Source: Clostridia bacterium (lineage in GTDB: Bacteria; Bacillota; Clostridia; Oscillospirales; CAG-272). Taken from it: a stretch of DNA of 64,000 bases. Below the pieces are notes generated by a model. That model was given only the letters and a program-made list of their open reading frames with translations, searched no databases and was not told where the DNA came from. The stretch lies in assembly GCA_017961575.1 (NCBI GenBank), contig JAGCXA010000053.1, forward strand, positions 26,347 to 90,346, written 5' to 3'. Positions 38,379 through 48,189 of this stretch are shown here, piece after piece. A program made the translations under genes and the position numbers. Positions within the stretch are counted from its first letter, which is position 1, and the number at the start of each line of letters is the position of its first letter.

Positions 38379-39490
38379 GGCAAATCGCCCTCCGTTCGGG
38401 GTTTCTCGGTGAAAACGCCGCCCGATACGCCGATCATATTCACCGCGCGGGGATCAAATCCCCCCGATTCGCAGGCGGTCAGGATCACCTGCCGCTCCCC
38501 CGTTTCCCGCAGAACGTAGCCGCGCCGTGTCTCGTCGAGTTCGCTCATCACGTCGTCGAAGAGAAAAACGGGATATTCGCCGGTCTCGTCCCGACAGACC
38601 TCGCCTTCGGCAAGTTTCAGGGCGAGCACGACCGACCGCTGCTGTCCCTGCGACGCGAAAGCGCGGGCGGAAATATCGTTGATCCGTATTTCCAGATCGT
38701 CGCGATGCACCCCGAAAAGAGAGCAGCCCGCCGCGATCTCGCGGTCGGTTTTTTCGTCGAACAGACGGCGGTAGGACTCCCGGATCTCTTCTTCGTTCGT
38801 TCCTTCCGCCTCGCTCTCGTAGGAAAGCGCCATTTTTTCCCGTCCGTTTGACAGGTCGGCAAGCAGATCCGCGGCGTGCGGCGCGAGTTTTTCAAGATAG
38901 CGGATCCTGTACGCCGCGATCTTCGCCGCCACGTCGGAGAGCCGCTCGGTCCAACTGAACAACTCTTCCCGGTCGTAGTGAAATCCCTTCTGAATCTCTT
39001 TCAGAAGACAGTTCCGATTTTCCAGTATCTTGTTGTATTCGTCGCACAGCCCGAGATAGATCGGGCGGCATTGAGAGATCGCGATATTGAGAAACGCCCG
39101 TCTCTCCTGCGGAGCGCCCTTCACAAGCGAAAGATGTTCGGGACAGAACAGCACCGCGCGGAATTGTCCGATCATCTCGGAGAGCCGCACGGGAGCGCCG
39201 TTTTTCAGCCGCTTCCGCGCCCCTTCGTAGTAACGGTATTCCAGCGTCTGTTCGCTTTTTTCCGTCCGATACGAAATTCCGATACGAAAGCCCTTCTCAC
39301 CGAAGCGAACGAGATTTTCGTCGGTCGCGCCGCGATAGCTCTTTCCGCGGGCGAAAAGATAGATACATTCGAGCGCGTTGGTCTTTCCCTGCGCGTTCTG
39401 TCCGAATAGGAGATTCACGCCGGGGGCAAAGTTCAGACGGGCGGACGCAATATTCCGATAATTCTCCGCCGTCAGGGTCGTCAGATTCAT
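38375..39490 (-). CDS. recF: DNA replication/repair protein RecF
   Basis: GQNAQGKTN, G.HRDD, ASQGQQR, LFDDVMSELD. Confidence 0.96.
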   Translation of the reverse strand: MNLTTLTAENYRNIASARLNFAPGVNLLFGQNAQGKTNALECIYLFARGKSYRGATDENLVRFGEKGFRIGISYRTEKSEQTLEYRYYEGARKRLKNGAPVRLSEMIGQFRAVLFCPEHLSLVKGAPQERRAFLNIAISQCRPIYLGLCDEYNKILENRNCLLKEIQKGFHYDREELFSWTERLSDVAAKIAAYRIRYLEKLAPHAADLLADLSNGREKMALSYESEAEGTNEEEIRESYRRLFDEKTDREIAAGCSLFGVHRDDLEIRINDISARAFASQGQQRSVVLALKLAEGEVCRDETGEYPVFLFDDVMSELDETRRGYVLRETGERQVILTACESGGFDPRAVNMIGVSGGVFTEKPRTEGDLP

Positions 39491-39515
39491 TTTGCCGTCC
39501 CTTTTGATCGGGCGA

Positions 39516-40697
39516 TTATTCTTCTTCCGCCGTCGGCTGTTCGTTCATCCGAACCGGCAGGATCATATAGAAGTAACGGAAACCGTCCTTCTCATCCCAT
39601 TCCTCTTCAACCGGTTCCACCGTGATCGACTGGGTCGGGGATTTCAGGGTCATATAGATCCGTTTTCCTTCTGCGGCGCGGATGCTGTTGATCAAGAACC
39701 GGCAGTTGAATCCGATGGCGATGTCCTCGCCCTCGTGCTCGCATTCCATCTCGTCGTAAACGTAACCGTTGACCGAGTTGGAAGACAAGCTGAAATTATT
39801 GCCTTTGATTTCGATCTTTACGTAGGACTTTCCGTTGCCTTGAATCTTCTCTTCCGCGACGAGGTTCGCTCTTTCCAGCCCTTCCATCAGCCGGGCGCGG
39901 TCGATCTTGACGAAAATGTCCTGCGCCTTCGGAAGAATGCGCTGATAGTCCATATAATCGCTGTCGATCATACGGGTGAAGAAGATCATGTCTTTCAGTT
40001 CCATGATCGCGTGTTTTCTCGAAAGATAGATCTTCGTCTCTTCCTCTTTATCGGGAAGAATACGGATCATCTCGTTCAGAGCGTGTCCCGGAATGATGAA
40101 CGAGAAGTGCGTCGAAGAGATCCGCCCGATGTCCTGGATCTCGCTCTCAACGTGGCATTTGGAGAGCGTATAACCGTCGCAGGACACGATGTCCATCTGT
40201 TTTCCCTCTACGGTGAAGAACGCGCCGCAGAGCATCTGACGGCTGTCCTGTTCGGCGATCGAATGCAAAACTTTTCCGATCATTCTTTTCAGAACCGTTG
40301 CCGGAACCGAAAAACCGGTGTCGCCCGACAGTTCGGGAAGGTTCGGAAAATCGGCGCCGGGGAGCGATTGCAGCGAAAAGGAGGAAGCGCCGGCGGAAAT
40401 CGACGCCTTATGATCGGCGCCAACCTCGAGCGTGATTTCATCCTCGCCCAACAGTTTCACGATTTGCAGAAGCCGCTGTGCGTTGATGATGCAACTTCCT
40501 TCCTCAATAATAGAGATCGCCTCGATCGTCGTCCGCATGCCTTTATTCATATCGTAGGAGGAAAGGCGAACGGAGGTCTCCCCGATCGTTTCGATCAGAA
40601 TGCCCTCGATCGGAGTAATGGTGTTTTTACTGGACACGGTGCTCATCGTCGGGACGAGTCCCTCCAGCAGCGCGGGTTTTGAAAAAATAACCTTCAT
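39516..40697 (-). CDS. dnaN: DNA polymerase III beta clamp
   Basis: Downstream of dnaA; ADFPNLP, IGFNCRFL, ILPVR; AAGGA RBS before ATG 40697. Confidence 0.93.
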   Translation of the reverse strand: MKVIFSKPALLEGLVPTMSTVSSKNTITPIEGILIETIGETSVRLSSYDMNKGMRTTIEAISIIEEGSCIINAQRLLQIVKLLGEDEITLEVGADHKASISAGASSFSLQSLPGADFPNLPELSGDTGFSVPATVLKRMIGKVLHSIAEQDSRQMLCGAFFTVEGKQMDIVSCDGYTLSKCHVESEIQDIGRISSTHFSFIIPGHALNEMIRILPDKEEETKIYLSRKHAIMELKDMIFFTRMIDSDYMDYQRILPKAQDIFVKIDRARLMEGLERANLVAEEKIQGNGKSYVKIEIKGNNFSLSSNSVNGYVYDEMECEHEGEDIAIGFNCRFLINSIRAAEGKRIYMTLKSPTQSITVEPVEEEWDEKDGFRYFYMILPVRMNEQPTAEEE

Positions 40698-40756
40698 GGT
40701 CGTTCCTTTCCGCCGGATTTTCCGGTCATTGGTTTTGATGTATCTTGTTCGCGGTT

Positions 40757-41018
40757 GAAAAACAAAGAAAAAGAAAGAAATAAGGGATATAGAAGAAGGA
40801 GTAGTAGAGGGTACGGAAACTGTGGAAAACAAAAAAAGAAAGACGGGACAAGGCGCAAGAGCCCCTTTTTATCCTCTTCCCCTACGTGAAAAGGAGTGGA
40901 AAACAGAGGGACAAAAGAGGAAAAAACAAGGAGAAAAATCAAGAGCGGTTATCCACCGTTTTTCCCACGGAAAGTTAACCGGAAAACAAACGGCTTTTCC
41001 ACAGGAAAGAGTGGAAAA
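40757..41018. other. oriC unwinding region (dnaA-dnaN intergenic)
   Basis: DnaA boxes TGTGGAAAA 40821-40829, TTTTCCACA 40995-41003, near-matches at 40895, 40949 and 41010; DnaA-trio run TAG AAG AAG GAG TAG TAG 40790-40807; A-rich tract toward dnaN; same order as B. subtilis oriC. Confidence 0.9.
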
Positions 41019-41020
41019 GA

Positions 41021-42433
41021 TCAGTTGCGAATCTCGTCCATCATCCCATTGACGAACGCCGAAAATTCCGGGTCCGTCGCCATGGACGAATCGACCTTGC
41101 GGAACGCCGCCATAATCGTCGCGTGATCGCGGTCGAAGATCTCGCCGAGCGTGTTGAAGGAAACGTCGGTCATCTGACGGATCATGTAAATGCAGATATG
41201 GCGGGCGTTGACGACGTTTGCGGTTCTGCGTTTTGCCCGGATGTCTTCCACCGGGATATTGAGCCGCTTGGAAACGATGGTGATGATCCGATCGACTGTC
41301 ACGTCGACAGGTTCGTTGCCCGACAGAATGTCCGAGATGGCGCGCCGACAGAGATCGGTCGTGATGGGGGACCCGGTCAGAAGACTGATGGCGGCGATCC
41401 GTTTGATGGAACCCTCGATCTGACGGATGTTGTTCTGTAATTTGGTCGCGAGATATTCCACCACGTCGACCGGGATCGAGATTTTGAGGTTTTCCGCTTT
41501 TTTGTTGATGATGGCGGTGCGCAGCTCGAAACTCGGCGGTTGAATATCGGCGAGCAGTCCCCAGATGAAGCGGGTCAGAAGCCGGTCTTCAAGAGTCTTA
41601 ATATCCTTGGGCGGACGGTCGGAGGTCAGAATGATCTGCTTTCCGTTCTCATAGAGCGCCGAGAAAGTGTGGAAGAACTCTTCCTGCGTCGATTCCTTGC
41701 CCGCGATGAACTGCACGTCGTCGATGAGCAGGACGTCGGCGTTCCGGTAATGCTGACGGAACTGTTCCTGCGTCCGTTTTTGCAGACTGGCGATCAGTTC
41801 GTTTGTGAATTCCTCCCCTTTTTTATAAACGATCTTGCAGTTCGGATTGCGTTTTTTGATCTCGTTCGTCACGGCGAAGAGCAGATGCGTTTTTCCGACG
41901 CCGCTCGGACCGTAGATGAAGAGAGGATTGTAGGTGGAAAGATCCATTTCGTTCTTATCGGGGGAACTCGAATAAAGCGCGACGGCGCGGCAGGCGGCAA
42001 GAGCGAAGCGGTTGGACTCCCCTTCGATGAAGTTGTCAAACGTGTATTCGTCCACGATGGAGGGACCCTCAATCGCCGATTCGGGGTCGATCGGCTTTTG
42101 TTCCGGCTCATCGGGAAGAATAGAGGCGGGCTTTTTGATCTCCTCGGGCTTTTCCTCAATTTCCGGGATGTGGAAGCCCTCGCTGCTCTCCCGCGAGACG
42201 ACGACGATCTGCACGTCGAAACCGACCACCTCGCGGAGCGCGTCTTTGATCGACGTCGCGTGCCGCTTGCTGATCAGATCCTGTTTGAAGTTGCTGTCGG
42301 TCGAGAAGACGGCGGTCTCCCCGTCGAGGGAAACCAGCTGCATACTCTTGAACCAGAGTTCGTAGATGGTGGGCGTGAACTTCTGTTTCAGCCGATCGAG
42401 CACCGACAATTCAATATCTTTCAACGTATCCAT
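41021..42433 (-). CDS. dnaA: Chromosomal replication initiator DnaA
   Basis: YTFDNFI.G.SN, YNPLFIYGPSGVGKTHL, LLIDDVQF, SDRPP, RDHAT. Confidence 0.98.
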   Translation of the reverse strand: MDTLKDIELSVLDRLKQKFTPTIYELWFKSMQLVSLDGETAVFSTDSNFKQDLISKRHATSIKDALREVVGFDVQIVVVSRESSEGFHIPEIEEKPEEIKKPASILPDEPEQKPIDPESAIEGPSIVDEYTFDNFIEGESNRFALAACRAVALYSSSPDKNEMDLSTYNPLFIYGPSGVGKTHLLFAVTNEIKKRNPNCKIVYKKGEEFTNELIASLQKRTQEQFRQHYRNADVLLIDDVQFIAGKESTQEEFFHTFSALYENGKQIILTSDRPPKDIKTLEDRLLTRFIWGLLADIQPPSFELRTAIINKKAENLKISIPVDVVEYLATKLQNNIRQIEGSIKRIAAISLLTGSPITTDLCRRAISDILSGNEPVDVTVDRIITIVSKRLNIPVEDIRAKRRTANVVNARHICIYMIRQMTDVSFNTLGEIFDRDHATIMAAFRKVDSSMATDPEFSAFVNGMMDEIRN

Positions 42434-42479
42434 CGGGCGTTCCTTTCCCTTCGGCAAATCTGCCTTCGTGTTCGCGCGT

Positions 42480-42572
42480 ACTATAATTTATACTATATCT
42501 AAAAATGTTTACAGTCTATTATAACACAACATTATATAATTTTCAACAATGTGGATAAAATTTTTTCAACAA
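42480..42572. promoter_or_regulatory. AT-rich dnaA promoter region with DnaA boxes
   Basis: Perfect TGTGGATAA 42550-42558 flanked by TTTTCAACA variants; very AT-rich. Confidence 0.75.
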
Positions 42573-42596
42573 TTCAAAAAGAAGAGTTTACGCGGC

Positions 42597-42625
42597 TTGC
42601 AAAACGGGAAAAAGAATGGTATAAT
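42597..42625 (+). promoter_or_regulatory. SigA promoter of the glycosyltransferase gene
   Basis: TTGCAA-17bp-TATAAT with extended TG. Confidence 0.75.
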
Positions 42626-42645
42626 GAGCGTCGGAGGAAGAAAAC

Positions 42646-43374
42646 GTGAAACTGTCGCTCTGTATTCCGCTCTACAACGAGGAAAAGATCCTTCGCGATA
42701 CCTGCCGGACGGTCAAAACCTATCTGGACGACCGATTCGGCGGAGATTACGAGGTTGTTTTCGTTGACGACGGATCGACCGACGGATCGAAAAAAATCCT
42801 CGACGAACTCTGCGACGGAACCGTCCGTTCGATTTCCTATACCCCCAACCGCGGCAAGGGATACGCCGTCCGGCAGGGAATGCTGGCGGCGGCGGGCGAT
42901 CTGGTCCTCTTCACCGACTGCGACCTCGCCTACGGGACGGACGTGATCGGGGAGACGGTCGCGCTGTTCGACGCCGATCCCTCGGTCGGCGCCGTCGTCG
43001 GCTCAAGGGTGAAACACCCCGAGGGCTACGCGGGATACTCCTTCTTCCGCCGCCTCGCATCAAAAACCTATCTTCGCCTGCTCCGCTTCAAGGGCGGGCT
43101 CTCGCTCTCGGACAGTCAGACGGGGCTGAAAGGGTTCCGGAACGACGCGGCGAAAGCAATCTTTTCGTGCTGCGAGGTCGACCGCTTCGCCTTCGATTAC
43201 GAGGCGATCAAACTCGGGGAACTCCTCGGCGTGAAGTTCGCGGAACTCCCCGTGAAGATCGTGAACAACCGCCCGTCCAAAATCCGGTTTATCCGCGACA
43301 CCCGCCGGATGCTGCGCGACGTTTCCAAGACCAAGAAGCGGCTGAAACAAATGAAAAAGCAAGGGAAAATCTGA
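42646..43374 (+). CDS. Glycosyltransferase family 2 (polyprenyl-phosphate glycosyltransferase-like)
   Basis: IPLYNEE, VDDGSTDGS, NRGKGYAVRQG, TDCDL, DSQTGLKGF, FAFDYE. Confidence 0.9.
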   Translation: MKLSLCIPLYNEEKILRDTCRTVKTYLDDRFGGDYEVVFVDDGSTDGSKKILDELCDGTVRSISYTPNRGKGYAVRQGMLAAAGDLVLFTDCDLAYGTDVIGETVALFDADPSVGAVVGSRVKHPEGYAGYSFFRRLASKTYLRLLRFKGGLSLSDSQTGLKGFRNDAAKAIFSCCEVDRFAFDYEAIKLGELLGVKFAELPVKIVNNRPSKIRFIRDTRRMLRDVSKTKKRLKQMKKQGKI

Positions 43375-43429
43375 TAAAATCAGAACCACCCCCCAAGTGC
43401 GGGTCGCTTGCGCTCCCCGCGTGAAATGA

Positions 43430-43650
43430 ACGGCGACGGATCTCTCCGTCGCCGTTCGCGATATGAGAGCCGACCGTCAAAAAACGGTCGGCTCTCGCGA
43501 TATGCAGGCGTGCCGAAGGCACGGTAAGGTGAACTTATGCGGCGGGGGACCCCTATCCGAGAACCCCCAAAACTCGACAAGCTCGTTTCGGGGAACCCCT
43601 TATCCGGGAACCCCCAAAACTTACTTCGTGCGTTTTTGGAAACCCCTCTT
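43430..43650 (-). repeat. CATATCGCG-linked hairpins plus a 47-bp-period tandem repeat
   Basis: cgcgatatg at 43457 and 43496 between perfect hairpins; tatccgRgaacccccaaaact at 43554 and 43601; ggggtcccccgccgcat shared with about 29452-29468. Confidence 0.75.
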
Positions 43651-43671
43651 GCCCGCGTGAATTGACGTCTT

Positions 43672-43747
43672 CGCGAACGCTCGCCGTCGTGAATTGCAAA
43701 CTGCGTTTGCATGAATTGAAGCCCGCGCCGAACGGCGCGGGCTTCAT
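43672..43747 (-). repeat. Module B, copy 2
   Basis: Reverse complement of 29728-29803 with 1 mismatch. Confidence 0.9.
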
Positions 43748-43826
43748 TATATAGAACGAGGAAACGCGGACAAAAGCAAAGCAAACGGAGAAAGTTGCGT
43801 TTATGGAATTGCGCGAGCTCGTTCCG

Positions 43827-43944
43827 AGCCTTCCCCTTGAGGGGAAGGTGGTGCGGAGCGCCGGATGAGGTGGAGTTTGGCTGCCGATTTGTCCGGCTCC
43901 ACCTCATCTGTCACTTCGTGACGTCTTCTCCTCAAGGAGAAGAC
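43827..43944. repeat. REP/MITE-like palindromic element
   Basis: Terminal hairpins cttccccttgaggggaag and cttctcctcaaggagaag; internal inverted repeat gatgaggtggag/ctccacctcatc. Confidence 0.75.
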
Positions 43945-43993
43945 GTGGTACGAAAGCAACGGAACAAAAAGCAAAGCGAACGGAAAAAGAACC

Positions 43994-44130
43994 GGCTATA
44001 GAACCGCAAAACGGCGAGAGTCGAAAGGGCTCGCCGTTTTGCTTTATTATTCCTTTTAATGAAGTTCTTTGCCCCGCTTTCCTCACCGCGCCCGCCCGTG
44101 GGGTGCGGGCGACGCCGTCAAGAAAGCGGG
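43994..44130 (-). repeat. Module A, copy 3 (hairpin-1 loop expanded)
   Basis: Reverse complement: cccgctttctt-[GC-rich insert]-ggaaagcggggcaaagaacttc...gcaaaacggcgag..gact-ctcgccgttttgcggttctatagcc. Confidence 0.85.
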
Positions 44131-44170
44131 CGTATCCCCTCATCCCCGCCACGGATGACCGCAACGGTCG

Positions 44171-47100
44171 TCACTTATTCGTTTCGGTCAAAATCGGTTT
44201 GGACAGGACGCCTTCGCGCGTCAGCCGATAGGAATCGGTCCACTTATCGTCGCCGGTACGCCAAGCGCCGGGTCCTTCCCACGAATGCTTCTCGTCCGCG
44301 TTATGGAACGGTCCGAACCCGTTCTGCCGTGAAACGTAGAGAGAGAGGGTCAGGGTATGCGCGCCCTTTTCCGGGGCGCCGAGCGAGAGCCGATAGGGCG
44401 GATACACGACCCGCCCGACCCGTCGCCCGTCCAGATCCACGGCGATCAGCGCGCCGCGATAGTGCGGTACCGTGAGCGTCAGTTCTCCTCCGTTTGATTC
44501 AAACGGGATTTCATAGCGGAACACGCCCGAGAAGAACGGGAACCCGATCCGGGTAATATCGTCAAAGCCGACGACCTCCGGCTTTTCGACGAGTTTTGTC
44601 TCCTCCCCGTTGACCGAAACGCCGAACTCTCCGAGCAGATACGTCCGTTCCAGCGAGACGCGCTTCGCGTAGGGGAGCGTTACGGTCAAGCGGTTTTCTC
44701 CGCGTTTCACGCCCGGCAGAGGAATGCATTGTATACACCGATCAACGTAAAACCCCTCCGGATTCCGGTCGACCGTGACGCCGTTCCATTCGACCGTCGC
44801 AACCTCCGCGTCTTCCAAAGCGAGCGAGGCGGCGGGGAGTTCCACGTCCGACAAAACGGTATAACGCAGCGTGACGAGGTGCTTCGGGACCTCGGGGGGA
44901 AGCACCCACGGCTGCGCCGTCGAACCGAGCGCGTCCCAGCGGTTTCCGGACAGCCAACCGAGCTCGCGCTTCAAGAGCGTGTCGATCCGAAGGATCTCGG
45001 TCTTCGGGCGGAAGGGACCCCGGTCGAGGGAATACTCCGCATAATCCAGCACCAGCGCGTTCGGTTCCGAGAGCGAATAGGGAACGCGCGCGGGCAGGGA
45101 GAGCGCGGCGCCGCCCCCCGCTTTTCGCGGAGCGTCGACCGTTTCGGACTCGATCGCGCAGGGCGCCGGCGACAGTTTGACGAGCAGACTGTCGCAGTCG
45201 TAGAACCGGCGGGAAAAGACGGTCTTCCCGCTCTCGTACCGACAGGGAAGAGGAGAGATCTCACCCGTCAGGGTATCGTAGAGTTCGGCGCGGTAACCGC
45301 CGCGCACCGAGACGGTCACGTCGGAAAACGACGAGACGTCTTTGTTGTAGGGATCTCTGCCCTGCGCGAGGAAGAGCCAGCGGTCGTCCCCGTCCTGACG
45401 AAACTGCGAGAGCAGACGGTCAGAGAGCGCGCCGGACGCGTCGCGGATCTCGATCTCGTGCGCGTCGGACAGGGCGGCGAGCAGGTCGCTCTTTTCAAAA
45501 GCGAGCCGTTCGCATTTTTCCCAAAGCGCCCGCCCGCGGGAAGAGGGCAGGGCGTTCTCGTAGAGCGGCGCTTCGCCGAGAAAGATCAGGCGCCCGCCCT
45601 TCGCGGCAAAGGTTTCCAGGCGCTCGAGGGTCGAGGTCCGAAGCGTTTCGCATCCCGGCACGATCACGACGTCGTATCTCATTTCCCCGACGGGGAACGG
45701 CGCGTCGGGCGTCGGGCAGAGCGAGGGAAGAAGCGACTCCGCGATAAAGTCGAAATCAAGCGCGCCGAAGAGCAGCCATTCGGTCAGATTCGAGAAGCGT
45801 TTTTCGAGTTTTTCCCGGACCGCCGCCGTTTGTTCGGCGGGGCCCCAATGGAGCCAGTAGCTCTCGACCGGATGGATCACGCCGACGCGCACGACGGGCT
45901 TCCCGCGTGTCAGCGCGACGTTTACGCGCGCAAAGTGATCCTCGACGTAACGGTATTCGGGATACCACGGAGATTGATAATTGATCGAGGCGGGATAATC
46001 GCGCTTTGCTTCTCCCTTCATCGACACCCAGGCGAGGTGCGGTACACGCACCGTCACGCCGAGCGCCGCCTGCCAGTCTCCGTGCAGTTTATGCCCGCGG
46101 AAATCGTAGTCCCAACCCGTCACGCCGTACAGTTCGCTGATCATTCCTTCGCGTCCGTATTGGTGAACGGCGGACTGCGCCTGCTTCGCCGTCGTGAATT
46201 CGTGCCGGGCGCAGAGCATATCGATCCCCGGCAATTGGAAGGAGCGATACGACCGCATCGCCTCGCCGAGCGCGGCGGTCTGGCTTTTCAGGGTTGGTTC
46301 CTCCATCATATGCCCCGTCAGCATCAGTCCGTTTTTGTCGCACCACGCGCCGATCTGATCGGCGAACGCCGACGCGAACCGTTCGGCGACGTGGTCGTGA
46401 TAGAGGTACCGGATCCGCGAGACCCGCCCGTCGGGCAGTTCCCAGATCAATTCGGGCAGGCGGTCGAGGAGCGATTCGCCGTAGGCGGCGAAAAAGGTCT
46501 CTTCGAGATCGCAGGAGAAGGGGAGGGTCACGTCGCGGTCGCTTTTCGCGAAGGGCAGAACCGTCTTCCTCGTGAATTGCGGCTCGTCGGTGAAAATCGC
46601 CGGAACGGTTTTTCCGAACGACGAAGAGAGACGCCGCTTGTAACTTTCGTGCGTCACCTCGATGAAACGCGCCACCGCCGCCGGATCGAGCGTGTTCAGA
46701 TAGGTCTGATTGTTGAACCAGGGATTTTCGAGCGGCGTTTCGAGATAAGCGTAGCGGATCTCCTCACCCGACGCCGGAGTCTCGACTTCGGCAAGCCGAC
46801 GGTAGGAGGCGAGTTCGCCCCGGGAGTTTAAGCGGATCGCGTAGCGGGCGAGCAGTTTGCCGTTCCCCGCCCGCTTCGCCGCGGCGCTCGAATCGGACAA
46901 CCCTTCGGCTTTTTCACCCTCCCGGTAGGGGGTTTTTGTGAAAAGCAGGGTGCGTTGCCGGTAGCGTTCGTCCTTCGTCACAAGTCCGCCCGCCGCTCCC
47001 GAGGGCCAACGATCTTCGTCGTAAAGCCAGGCGAGTTGACCGTCCTTTTCGGATTTGTCGACGCAGGCGGATACGAGGTCGAAGAACTCGTCGGAGAGAT

Positions 47101-47308
47101 AGGGCGTTTCAAGACCCGTGCGGACGTGCATATGCGCGCCGCCGAAACCCATTTCACGGAGGATATCGAGTTGTCGGAGCAGTTCGTCCTTTTGGAGACG
47201 GCAGTTCCACGCCCAGAAGGGCGCGCCCCGGTATTCGCTCGTCGGCGCGCGAAAAAGCTCCGCCGGGAGCGTCTTTGCTTCATTCTTTTTATAGAGTTTG
47301 CGTGGCAT
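44171..47308 (-). CDS. Large cytoplasmic glycoside hydrolase (GH106 alpha-L-rhamnosidase-like)
   Basis: APFWAWN, MGFGG..MH.R.GL, WLYDEDRWPSGAAGG, IFTDEP, PGIDML, SELYGVTGW, RDYPASI. Confidence 0.75.
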   Translation of the reverse strand: MPRKLYKKNEAKTLPAELFRAPTSEYRGAPFWAWNCRLQKDELLRQLDILREMGFGGAHMHVRTGLETPYLSDEFFDLVSACVDKSEKDGQLAWLYDEDRWPSGAAGGLVTKDERYRQRTLLFTKTPYREGEKAEGLSDSSAAAKRAGNGKLLARYAIRLNSRGELASYRRLAEVETPASGEEIRYAYLETPLENPWFNNQTYLNTLDPAAVARFIEVTHESYKRRLSSSFGKTVPAIFTDEPQFTRKTVLPFAKSDRDVTLPFSCDLEETFFAAYGESLLDRLPELIWELPDGRVSRIRYLYHDHVAERFASAFADQIGAWCDKNGLMLTGHMMEEPTLKSQTAALGEAMRSYRSFQLPGIDMLCARHEFTTAKQAQSAVHQYGREGMISELYGVTGWDYDFRGHKLHGDWQAALGVTVRVPHLAWVSMKGEAKRDYPASINYQSPWYPEYRYVEDHFARVNVALTRGKPVVRVGVIHPVESYWLHWGPAEQTAAVREKLEKRFSNLTEWLLFGALDFDFIAESLLPSLCPTPDAPFPVGEMRYDVVIVPGCETLRTSTLERLETFAAKGGRLIFLGEAPLYENALPSSRGRALWEKCERLAFEKSDLLAALSDAHEIEIRDASGALSDRLLSQFRQDGDDRWLFLAQGRDPYNKDVSSFSDVTVSVRGGYRAELYDTLTGEISPLPCRYESGKTVFSRRFYDCDSLLVKLSPAPCAIESETVDAPRKAGGGAALSLPARVPYSLSEPNALVLDYAEYSLDRGPFRPKTEILRIDTLLKRELGWLSGNRWDALGSTAQPWVLPPEVPKHLVTLRYTVLSDVELPAASLALEDAEVATVEWNGVTVDRNPEGFYVDRCIQCIPLPGVKRGENRLTVTLPYAKRVSLERTYLLGEFGVSVNGEETKLVEKPEVVGFDDITRIGFPFFSGVFRYEIPFESNGGELTLTVPHYRGALIAVDLDGRRVGRVVYPPYRLSLGAPEKGAHTLTLSLYVSRQNGFGPFHNADEKHSWEGPGAWRTGDDKWTDSYRLTREGVLSKPILTETNK

Positions 47309-47334
47309 CGTTACACCCTCTCCCGGTTTCGGCG

Positions 47335-48117
47335 TCACTCGCCGAAAGAGACCCGGCTGACCGCGAGCGTTTTCCCGCTCGTCTCGTCCAGATCGAAGAG
47401 AACGCCCTGCGCGCGGAAGGGACCCTCCGCCTCGGAATAGGAGTAGCGGAGCCGCGTTCTCTGTCGCTCGGTCATCACCTCGGTCTTTACGCCGAGGATC
47501 CCCCCGGTGCGCCCGCAGAAGCCGACGTCGGAGATATATCCGGTTCCGTGCGGCAAAATCGCTTCGTCCGCCGTCGGCACGTGCGTGTGCGTTCCGAAGA
47601 TCGCCGAAACCTTGCCGTCCAGACGGTGCGCGGCGGCGAGTTTTTCCCCGGTCGCCTCGGCGTGCAGGTCGAGGATCGAGACGTCGAACCGCCCCGCCTC
47701 GCGCAGAAGCACCCGCTCGATGTAGGGCACGGGGTCGGGCGTTCCCGCCTCCATAAAGAGACAGCCGAGCGCCGAGAACACGAGGATCCGGCGGTCGCGC
47801 GCGGGCAGGATGGTATAGCCCGCCCCGGGAACGCCGTCGGCAAGATTGATCGGTCGGAGCACGCGATCCGACGAATCGAGCGTCGGATAGATCGACCTCG
47901 ACGCCATCGTGTGGTTGCCCCCGGTGATACAGTCGGCGCCCCCGGAAAGGAGCAGCGCGGCGTCCTTCGATCCGATCCCCGACAAGAACCCGGCGTTCTC
48001 ACCGTTCACGACGGTGAAATCCACCTCCATCTCGCGGCGGTACGACCAGAGACGGCGGGAAAGGAACCCGACCGTCGCCGGCGAGATCACGTCGCCGAGC
48101 GCTAAAATACGAAGCAT
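47335..48117 (-). CDS. ymdB: YmdB-like metallophosphoesterase (TIGR00282)
   Basis: LGDV, NGEN, TGGNH, LHAEATGEK, GTHTHVPTAD, YISDVG; follows rny as in B. subtilis. Confidence 0.9.
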   Translation of the reverse strand: MLRILALGDVISPATVGFLSRRLWSYRREMEVDFTVVNGENAGFLSGIGSKDAALLLSGGADCITGGNHTMASRSIYPTLDSSDRVLRPINLADGVPGAGYTILPARDRRILVFSALGCLFMEAGTPDPVPYIERVLLREAGRFDVSILDLHAEATGEKLAAAHRLDGKVSAIFGTHTHVPTADEAILPHGTGYISDVGFCGRTGGILGVKTEVMTERQRTRLRYSYSEAEGPFRAQGVLFDLDETSGKTLAVSRVSFGE

Positions 48118-48189
48118 AATTTACCTCCAAACAACGAACCGGGAGGGGAACCCCCGCCCGGTTCGCTTTTCCGGGAGACGCCCGGGGAC

